Source: Vicinamibacterales bacterium (GTDB taxonomy: Bacteria > Acidobacteriota > Vicinamibacteria > Vicinamibacterales > UBA2999). From it: a stretch of DNA of 64,000 nucleotides. Both the position numbers and the translations under genes were made by a program. The stretch spans positions 2,920-66,919 of the forward strand of contig DATFRP010000100.1 in NCBI GenBank assembly GCA_035263125.1, given 5' to 3'. The notes beneath the pieces were generated by a model that was given only the letters and a program-made list of their open reading frames with translations, searched no databases and had not been told where the DNA came from. Of the stretch, positions 1-7,089 are shown piece by piece. Within the stretch, counting starts at the first letter, position 1. Every line of letters starts with the position of its first letter.

Positions 1-2
1 TC

Positions 3-272
3 TTCCAGTACTACCGCGAGAACGCAAACTACCTGGAACGGACCTACGACTTCGTCGAGCGGCTCGGCATCGAGAAGGTGCGCAAGGAAACGGTCTATGC
101 ACCCGAGCCCGTGCGACAGGCCCTGCGCGATCGCTTCATGAAGTCGAAGGCGCGTGCGCGCGATGCGTGGCTGGAAGGAAAAGATCCGATGCACCCCACG
201 CAGTTCGCGCCGCTGAAGCCGATCGACAGTCGTAGTGTCCGCCTTCAGGCGGACCCGAAGGTGCTTGCATGA
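3..272 (+). CDS. nirB: NAD(P)H nitrite reductase large subunit, C-terminal fragment (5' end outside window)
   Basis: The frame is open from the window edge to TGA at 270-272. The tail FQYYRENANYLERTYDFVERLGIEKVRKE resembles NirB C-termini. An ATGA overlap joins it to the next gene. Confidence 0.8.
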   Translation, partial: FQYYRENANYLERTYDFVERLGIEKVRKETVYAPEPVRQALRDRFMKSKARARDAWLEGKDPMHPTQFAPLKPIDSRSVRLQADPKVLA

Positions 273-655
273 ACGAGTCGCGATGGGTACGCGTGGCGCG
301 ATGTGAGTCGTTTCCGCTGCGTGAGGGACGTGCGGTGCAGGTGGCCGATCGTGAGATCGCCATCTTCAATCTCGGCGGCGAATTCCTGGCCACCGACAAC
401 CAGTGCCCACACAAGGGTGGGCCGCTCTGTGACGGCATCGTAACGGGACGATCGGTCGTGTGCCCGCTCCATACGTGGAAGATCAATCTGGAGAGCGGCT
501 GTGTCGAACGGCCAGGCGGGATCGCCGCGCCCGCGGTGCAGACCTATCCGAGCCGTGTCGAGGACGGCATTGTCGTGGTCTGTGTGCCGGTCGGAACGCC
601 CACCGGCTGGGTCGATTCAGAAAAGATTCAATATTGTCATATCACGCAAGCATAA
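269..655 (+). CDS. nirD: nitrite reductase small subunit (Rieske-like)
   Basis: 128 aa. The CPHKGGPL...VVCPLHTWKINL motif pattern is typical of NirD, and the gene sits directly after nirB. Confidence 0.85.
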   Translation: MNESRWVRVARCESFPLREGRAVQVADREIAIFNLGGEFLATDNQCPHKGGPLCDGIVTGRSVVCPLHTWKINLESGCVERPGGIAAPAVQTYPSRVEDGIVVVCVPVGTPTGWVDSEKIQYCHITQA

Positions 656-728
656 CGACATGGATGTCGGCCATGCCCCCCTTGTTCCGCTCCAGTCGTG
701 TGTGTATCTTCGATCCAGGACGGAACCT

Positions 729-1448
729 ATGTCGTACGTCGAGGCATTGAGCGAACACTCCGATATCGATCTGCTGCACGAAATCGGGAGCCGCCTCGCA
801 GCGGCGGACCCGCTGCACGCCGTGCTGGGGCGGGTCGTCGACTTCGTGTCCAGCGTCGTGCTCTGTGATTCGTGCTTCGTCTACGTACTCGACGACGACG
901 CGCTCGTGCTGCGCGCATCGAAGACCCCGCATCCCGACGTCGTCGATCGACTCAAGCTGCGCGTGGGAGAGGGCATCACCGGATGGGTTGCCGAACACCG
1001 TCAGCCGGTGGCGGTGGGCACGAGAGCGTTCGAGGATCCACGCTTCCAGACGTTCAACGAGCTGCCCGAGGACAAGTACGAGGCGTTCCTCTCGGTGCCG
1101 GTGCTCTCGCGCGGCAAACTCGTCGGCGTGATCAACCTGCAACATCGCCAGCCGCACAACCACAGCCGACGCGAGATTCAGATCATCTCGACGATCGGCT
1201 TCCTCGTGGGCGCCGAGATCGAGATGGCGCGGCTCGAGGTCGAGAACACGCAGCTGTCCGAACGGCTCGAGACCCGCAAGATCCTCGATCGTGCGAAGGG
1301 CATCCTGCAGCGTGACCTGGGGCTGACCGAGGAAGACGCGTACCTCGCCATTCAGCGTCAGAGCCGGCAGCGTCGCAAGACGAAGAAAGAGATCGCCGAA
1401 GCGATCATCCTGGCCGACGAGCTTCGCCGCGGCAAGTCCCCCTCGTAA
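729..1448 (+). CDS. GAF domain + ANTAR domain RNA-binding antiterminator-type regulator
   Basis: The N-terminus is GAF-like (EGITGWVAEHRQPV...GVINLQH). The C-terminal ANTAR signature is LETRKILDRAKGILQRDLGLTEEDAYLAIQRQSRQRRK. I chose the ATG at 729; an alternative ATG lies at 660. The longer ORF from 501 overlaps nirD. Confidence 0.8.
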   Translation: MSYVEALSEHSDIDLLHEIGSRLAAADPLHAVLGRVVDFVSSVVLCDSCFVYVLDDDALVLRASKTPHPDVVDRLKLRVGEGITGWVAEHRQPVAVGTRAFEDPRFQTFNELPEDKYEAFLSVPVLSRGKLVGVINLQHRQPHNHSRREIQIISTIGFLVGAEIEMARLEVENTQLSERLETRKILDRAKGILQRDLGLTEEDAYLAIQRQSRQRRKTKKEIAEAIILADELRRGKSPS

Positions 1449-1478
1449 CCGGCACCAGCGCGCGCGTTGCGATCCAGT

Positions 1479-1536
1479 GTAGAGCGGGAGCTTCAGCCCC
1501 CGCGGGGCGACGCGTAGGCTGAAGCCTGCGCTCTAC
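1479..1536. repeat. REP doublet (REPIN-like): two inverted GTAGAGCG-GGCTTCAGCC hairpin units
   Basis: GTAGAGCGGGAGCTTCAGCCCCCGCG faces its inverted copy CGCGTAGGCTGAAGCCTGCGCTCTAC. It lies between convergent genes. Related copies are at 49476-49564 and 59744-59793. Confidence 0.7.
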
Positions 1537-1548
1537 GGTGTAATCGCG

Positions 1549-2256
1549 CTATCGTGCGCTGAACTCCGATCCCGGGGCGGTCAGACCAGAATCGCGAACG
1601 CCGAGGCCGGTGTCTCGGGGCGGTGTGCCGGCATCCCCACCTCCAGCGAGCGCGTGATTGGACTGCGCGCCTCGTCGGATGGCTTCGGCATCCCGCGGGG
1701 CGAATGTCCAGTCGCTCGGCTTGCCGCGGCGCACTTCGTCCTGCGACCAGAACCCGCGCATCAGGCCCACAGGCCCGTGGGCGTTGGTGGCCATGAGGAG
1801 ATGTCCGAGCTCGTGCGCGATCGCACGCCCGAGGAGCGCAATGCGATCGGCGCCCGTCTGTTCAGCGAGCCGTAGCACGCGATCGAGATAGATCGTCGCC
1901 AGCACGCCTCGTCCGACCTGGCTGTCGATGAACGCATCACCCAGCCTCAACGCTCCACCCTGCTCGCTGACCATCGGCATTCGCACGATCCGGATAGCCA
2001 GCTCTCCCGGTGCCAGACGAACATCGCAGTGCGACGTGTGCGCGTTCTCTCCATTGCAGACACGCCACGTGATCTCGACCGACGCACTCGCGAGCGCGGA
2101 CCGTGCAAGCTCGAGCGCCGCTCGCCGCACCTTTCCGTCTAAGGCTGTAACGTCGTAGACGCGGACGGTGACGTCGGTCCAGCCGGTGACCGAGGCGCTT
2201 GCGAAATTGGCTGTGACGAACAGTGTGACGAACGCCATCACGAACGAACCAAACAT
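1549..2256 (-). CDS. putative secreted zinc metalloprotease (HExxH)
   Basis: 235 aa with a hydrophobic N-terminal signal-like segment and an AHELGHLL zinc-binding motif. I recognised no closer family. Confidence 0.55.
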   Translation of the reverse strand: MFGSFVMAFVTLFVTANFASASVTGWTDVTVRVYDVTALDGKVRRAALELARSALASASVEITWRVCNGENAHTSHCDVRLAPGELAIRIVRMPMVSEQGGALRLGDAFIDSQVGRGVLATIYLDRVLRLAEQTGADRIALLGRAIAHELGHLLMATNAHGPVGLMRGFWSQDEVRRGKPSDWTFAPRDAEAIRRGAQSNHALAGGGDAGTPPRDTGLGVRDSGLTAPGSEFSAR

Positions 2257-2340
2257 GCTGGGCTCCCGTCAATCAGGTGAGCGTTGCGCTCAACAGAGCC
2301 CCACTTTCGAGCAGCGTGCGAAGTGCCTCAATACTCCGCA

Positions 2341-2369
2341 GGTGACATGAGGTGACATGTTGGTGACGG
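2341..2369 (+). promoter_or_regulatory. three helically phased direct repeats GGTGACAT / GGTGACAT / GGTGACGG
   Basis: Repeat starts are at 2341, 2351 and 2362 (10 and 11 bp apart). They lie in the divergent intergenic region, about 72 bp upstream of the winged-helix regulator gene. Confidence 0.3.
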
Positions 2370-2440
2370 GCGGCCGGCTTGTAACGCGCACACTGCGAAA
2401 GGCTCTTTCCAACCGGCGGGGAGATACGGCATAAACGAGT

Positions 2441-4210
2441 ATGGAAGCTCAGAACAGCGAGAACAGGTTTCTGCGGTTCGGCTCCTTCGAGCTCGACCTG
2501 CGCTCACGTGACCTTCGCAACGGATCGACGCGGATGCGTCTGCAGGAGCAGCCGTTCGAGATCCTGCGCCTCATGCTCGAGCGCGCGGGCGACGTCGTCA
2601 CCCGCGAAGAGCTGCGACAGCGTCTCTGGCCGAACGGCACGTTCGTCGATTTCGAACACAGCTTGAACGCGGCGATCAAACGGCTGCGCGCCACGCTCGG
2701 TGACGATGCCGACGCGCCGAAGTTCGTGGAAACCGTGCCGCGACGCGGCTATCGCTTCATCGCGCGCCCGACCGAGACCGATGCGAGCGGATCGCAGGCC
2801 CGCTGCGCGCCCTCGCCACGTGTCCGTCTCGCCGTGCTGCCATTCAGCAACCTGAGCGACGACAGCAGTCAGGAGTACTTCAGCGACGGGCTCACCGAGG
2901 AGCTGATCGCCCAGCTGGGTCCGCTCTGTCGCGGTCAAGTGGGCATCATCGCCCGCTGGTCGTCGATGTTCTTCAAGGGCACCCTGCAGCGCGCCCGCGA
3001 GATCGGCGAGGCGCTGCGTGCGGACTACCTGCTCGAAGGGAGCACGCGCCGGGAAGGATCGCGCGTGCGGATCACGGTGCGGCTGATCGAAACGATGTCG
3101 GAAGCGCACCTGTGGTCGGAGACCTACGATCGCAACATCAGCGACTGGCTGTCGGTGCAGGCCGATGTCGCAGGCCGGGTGGCACGTTCGCTCCTCCGCG
3201 AGCTCGTGCCCGACGTGCGTCGCGTTGGCGCGCCGGAGGAGCGGCCTGCGTATCAGGCGTATCTCAAGGGGCAGTACTACTGGGCGAAGCCTGGCGACGA
3301 AGGGCTGCAGGCGGCGCTGGAGTGTGTGAGCGATGCAGTACGACTGGCGCCGGACTTCGCGGCGGCTCACGGCATGCTGTCGCGTCTGCGGGTTGCAAGC
3401 GCCGAGTACTATCACGACCTGCCGCGCCGTGCTTTGACCGTCGCCCGCGAGACGGCGACGCGCGCGCTCGAGATCGATTCAACCCTGTCTGACGCGCACG
3501 CCGTGCTCGCCGACGTGCGGCGTACGCTCGATGGTGACTGGAGCGGCGCCGAGGCGGGTTACGCACAGGCGTTGGCGCTCAATGGCAGCAACGAGCAGGC
3601 GCTTCGCGCGCTCGCATTGATGCTGGCCCTGCAGGGGCGGGACAGCGAAGCGCTCGCATCCGCAGAACGCGCGCGCGATCTCGACCCGCTTTGTCTGGCG
3701 ATGGGTACTGCCCTCACCTGGACCCGCTACATCGTCGGCGACTACGAGGGGGCGATTCTCGACTGCCGGCACCTGCTCGAAGTGGATCCCGAACTCCTGA
3801 GCGCGCGCCGGGTGCTCGCCGCCGCGCTTCTGCAGGCGGGCCGTCCCACCGAAGCGGCGGCCGAACTCGAAACCGCACTCGTGCAGGCCGATCAGCATCC
3901 GGTGGTGCTGTCGTGGCTCGCACACCTCAGGGCGGTGACCGGCGACTGCGCCGCCGCGACGATGCTGCTCGGGCGCGCACGCGCGCTCGAGTCGTCGCGC
4001 TACGTGCCGCCGTTCCATCTCGCGCTGGCGTACACCGGCCTCGAACGCATCGACGATGCGTTCGCGGCGCTCGATCAGGCGTGGCTCGATCGCGACCCTT
4101 CACTCGCGGGTGTCGATGCCGATCCCCGATTCAAGCCGCTCAAGGGTGATGCACGTTACGCCGAAGTGCTCGCGCGGTTGAACATTCCGCGCTCGCAGGC
4201 GCTGGTCTGA
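2441..4210 (+). CDS. CadC/OmpR-type winged-helix DNA-binding regulator with C-terminal TPR-like repeats
   Basis: The N-terminus (FGSFELDLRSRDLRNGSTRMRLQEQPFEILRLMLERAGDVVTREEL...VETVPRRGYRF) is a trans_reg_C winged helix. The C-terminal half consists of TPR-like helical repeats. Confidence 0.75.
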   Translation: MEAQNSENRFLRFGSFELDLRSRDLRNGSTRMRLQEQPFEILRLMLERAGDVVTREELRQRLWPNGTFVDFEHSLNAAIKRLRATLGDDADAPKFVETVPRRGYRFIARPTETDASGSQARCAPSPRVRLAVLPFSNLSDDSSQEYFSDGLTEELIAQLGPLCRGQVGIIARWSSMFFKGTLQRAREIGEALRADYLLEGSTRREGSRVRITVRLIETMSEAHLWSETYDRNISDWLSVQADVAGRVARSLLRELVPDVRRVGAPEERPAYQAYLKGQYYWAKPGDEGLQAALECVSDAVRLAPDFAAAHGMLSRLRVASAEYYHDLPRRALTVARETATRALEIDSTLSDAHAVLADVRRTLDGDWSGAEAGYAQALALNGSNEQALRALALMLALQGRDSEALASAERARDLDPLCLAMGTALTWTRYIVGDYEGAILDCRHLLEVDPELLSARRVLAAALLQAGRPTEAAAELETALVQADQHPVVLSWLAHLRAVTGDCAAATMLLGRARALESSRYVPPFHLALAYTGLERIDDAFAALDQAWLDRDPSLAGVDADPRFKPLKGDARYAEVLARLNIPRSQALV

Positions 4211-4241
4211 AAGAGTCACCGTAGAGCCGAATCACAAGCGC

Positions 4242-5720
4242 TTATTCCTGCGCGCCCAGTGTACGGAGAAGGGCGATCGTCTTCTGGCGGGGAGACGTGT
4301 CGCTCGTGCCGCCGCGTCTGCTGATCAGCGCACCGAGCGGAGTGAGCCCGCGTTTGTTGCGCACATTCAGATCGGCTCCGCGTTCCGCCAGCAGGCGGAC
4401 GACGCCGTCGTATCCCTGCGCTGATGCGACGTGCAGGGCGGTATCACCAGCGGGGTTCGCGGCGTTGATGTCAGCGCCGAGACTCACCGCGGTCGAGACC
4501 GCATCGAGTACCTGCCTCTCGGGTTCGATCTGCCCACCATCGATGATGGCGAGCCCGCGGCGGTCGGTGCCGCGGCGCTCGTCCTGTGCGGGTGCGACGA
4601 GGCCCATCCCTGCTGCCGCCATCAACGGTGTGGTGCCGTCCTTCATTGGCATCCGTGGATCGGCGCCGCCGGCGGCGAGCGCACGCATGATGTCGACTTC
4701 CAGAAACTTCGCTGCCAGCAGATACGGCGTCGCGCCAATCAAGGTCTTGGGCAACTCGAAGTCCTGGCTGTTGCGTCTGACCGGAGTGCCCTTCGTGATC
4801 GGTGCGTTGACGTTGGCCTTGTGCGCGATGAGCGCGTTGACGAGATTCAGATCGCCGCGCAGGACCGCGGCATGGAGCGCTGTGTAACCGACGCCCGCGG
4901 CATTCGGGTCGGCCCCTTTGTCCAGGAGCAGTGCTGCGACATCCCCGTGCCCGCTATGGGCAGCGAGGGCGAGCGCGCTCGTGCCGTCCGGCAGGGCATC
5001 GGTGACGTCAGCGCCTGCGGCGAGCAGCAGCCTTGCTGATTCGGTGTCTCCAGACCGGGCGGCAAACAGCAGTGCAGTGCTTCCACCGCGCGGAACCGTA
5101 TAGTTCAACTCTTCACGCCCCGCGCGCTGCGTCACCTCGCTGGTCACAGTCTGCACGTAGTCGCGCGAGCGCGCCCGCACATCGGCGCCGGCCTCGAGCA
5201 GCGCGGCGACCGCCTCCGGATGTTTCTGCGCCGCGGCCCACATCAGCGCCGTCTGCTGGTGTGACGGTTCTTTCGCGTTGACGTTCGCTCCGCGGGAAAG
5301 GAGTGCGCGGACGGCCGGCGCCTCGCCCGTCCGCGCGCACGTCATCAACACGGTTTCTCCGGTGATCAACGCGGCATTGGCGTTCGCACCCGCGGCCAGC
5401 AGCGAGTCGACGATCGCCGCCTGGCGGCTGAGACACGCGAGGTAGAGAGGGGTCACGCCGGTGTCGTCGGCGGCGTCGGCTTTCGCACCCGCGGCGATCA
5501 GCACGCTGACGAGACCAGGATCATCGAGGTGGGCGGCCCACAGCAAAGCGGTGGCGCCATCTGCCTGACGCGCGTTGACGTCGACGCCTTCCTTCACGAG
5601 CGCGCGCACGCGCTCGACGTTTCGCGCCCTCACTGCCTCGATCAGCCGCAGATCGCCTGCTGCGGCAAGAGCGGCCGCGAACGACAGCGCGACGACCGAA
5701 GTGGCGCACGCTTTCAGCAC
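4242..5720 (-). CDS. secreted ankyrin-repeat protein
   Basis: 492 aa with an N-terminal signal-like segment and many G-x-TALxxAAxxGxxxxVxxLLxxGADVNA ankyrin units. Its start is 9 nt downstream of the DUF1552 gene stop. Confidence 0.85.
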   Translation of the reverse strand: MLKACATSVVALSFAAALAAAGDLRLIEAVRARNVERVRALVKEGVDVNARQADGATALLWAAHLDDPGLVSVLIAAGAKADAADDTGVTPLYLACLSRQAAIVDSLLAAGANANAALITGETVLMTCARTGEAPAVRALLSRGANVNAKEPSHQQTALMWAAAQKHPEAVAALLEAGADVRARSRDYVQTVTSEVTQRAGREELNYTVPRGGSTALLFAARSGDTESARLLLAAGADVTDALPDGTSALALAAHSGHGDVAALLLDKGADPNAAGVGYTALHAAVLRGDLNLVNALIAHKANVNAPITKGTPVRRNSQDFELPKTLIGATPYLLAAKFLEVDIMRALAAGGADPRMPMKDGTTPLMAAAGMGLVAPAQDERRGTDRRGLAIIDGGQIEPERQVLDAVSTAVSLGADINAANPAGDTALHVASAQGYDGVVRLLAERGADLNVRNKRGLTPLGALISRRGGTSDTSPRQKTIALLRTLGAQE

Positions 5721-5729
5721 AGGTCTGCC

Positions 5730-7079
5730 TCAGATGCCTGCGAGCGCGCGATCGTCCAGACGGCCGGTGCTGTCGCCCATGCGATCGAGATGGATCCCGA
5801 GCTTGTCGAGCAGCGTGAGATGCAGATTGGCGAGCGCCGTTTCCTTCGGGTAGCGCATGTGGCGTCCACCTTTCAGCTGCGCCGATCGACCGCCGGCGAG
5901 CACCAGCGGAATGCTGCGCGGGTCGTGTGCGTTGCAGTCGCCCATTCCGGTGCCGTACATCATGATCGTGTGGTCGAGCAGCGAGCCGTCGCCGTCCGGC
6001 GTCGACCGCAGCTTGTCGAGCAGATACGCGAACTGCGTGACGTGGTAGTGGTTGATCTTCACCACCTTGGCGATCTTCTCGGCCTCCTGCTGATGGTGCG
6101 TGATCGGATGATGCGCGTCGGGCACGCCGATCTGCGGGTAGGTGACGCCGCTGAATTCACGGCCCAGCATGAAGGTGACGATGCGCGTGAGATCTGACTG
6201 ATAGGCAAGCACCTGCAGATCGCACATCAGCTTCACGTGCTCCTCGTACGTCGCCGGAACACCCGCGGGGTGATCGACGTGAGGAAGCGCGTTGCCGTTC
6301 TGCCCTTCGGCCTTCTGGATGCGGCGCTCGACGTCGCGAATGGCGTCGAGATACTCGACCAGCTTCACGCGATCGCCCTGACCGAGATTGCCTTGCAGGC
6401 GGCTCGCCTCTTCGCGAACCGAGTCGAGCACGCTGCGATCCTGCCGAAGCCGTGAGAGACGCGTCTTCGGATCGGTGCTGCCGGTGTCGCCGAACAGCCG
6501 CTCGAACACTGTTCGCGGGTTGTTCTCGGTCGGCAGCGGTGTGGCGGCGCCGAGCCAGGAGATCGTGTTCGTATAGGCGCACGCGAAGCCGACGTCGCAC
6601 GCGCCCGCGGTCTCGCCCGATTCGACGGCCAGTTCGAGCGAGGCAAGCTGCGTAGACGCGCCGATCTCCTTCGCGGCGATCTGATCCATCGAGATGCCGG
6701 CATCGAGCCACGTCTCGCTGGTCGGCGGTGAGATGTCGGTGAGGAATCGCGTGCTCGCCTTCGCGTGGGCGCCGCCGGGACGGCCGGGCGTCGGGACGCA
6801 CGCAAGGTTGCTCAGCACGAGCAGATCCTCGCGAAACGGCGCGAGCGGTGACAGCGTCGGCGTCAGCTCGAAGCTTGCGCCCTGGGCGGCCGGCGTCCAC
6901 TGTTCCATCACCATGCCATTCGGCACATACATGACGCCGAACCTGGTGATCGGCTTCGCGGCAGTCTTCTGAAGCGCGGTGAGCGGCGGCACCATCGCGT
7001 CGAGCAGCGGCAGCGCAAGCGTCGCCCCGAGGCCTCGCAGCACTGTCCGCCGTGGAATCGCCTTCTTGAAGATCAGCAT
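5730..7079 (-). CDS. DUF1552 family protein with twin-arginine signal
   Basis: Starting at the internal ATG (7079) gives MLIFKKAIPRRTVLRGLGATLALPLL, a Tat-like signal. The body has histidine-rich HHPITHHQQ and C-terminal motifs typical of DUF1552. Confidence 0.8.
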   Translation of the reverse strand: MLIFKKAIPRRTVLRGLGATLALPLLDAMVPPLTALQKTAAKPITRFGVMYVPNGMVMEQWTPAAQGASFELTPTLSPLAPFREDLLVLSNLACVPTPGRPGGAHAKASTRFLTDISPPTSETWLDAGISMDQIAAKEIGASTQLASLELAVESGETAGACDVGFACAYTNTISWLGAATPLPTENNPRTVFERLFGDTGSTDPKTRLSRLRQDRSVLDSVREEASRLQGNLGQGDRVKLVEYLDAIRDVERRIQKAEGQNGNALPHVDHPAGVPATYEEHVKLMCDLQVLAYQSDLTRIVTFMLGREFSGVTYPQIGVPDAHHPITHHQQEAEKIAKVVKINHYHVTQFAYLLDKLRSTPDGDGSLLDHTIMMYGTGMGDCNAHDPRSIPLVLAGGRSAQLKGGRHMRYPKETALANLHLTLLDKLGIHLDRMGDSTGRLDDRALAGI

Positions 7080-7089
7080 GTGCCTGCTC

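Noticed and set aside
501-728. N-terminal extension of the GAF-ANTAR ORF (start at 501)
   Set aside because: The extension overlaps the nirD coding region in another frame and is Arg/Ser/Pro-rich. The GAF domain begins after the ATG at 729 (or 660).
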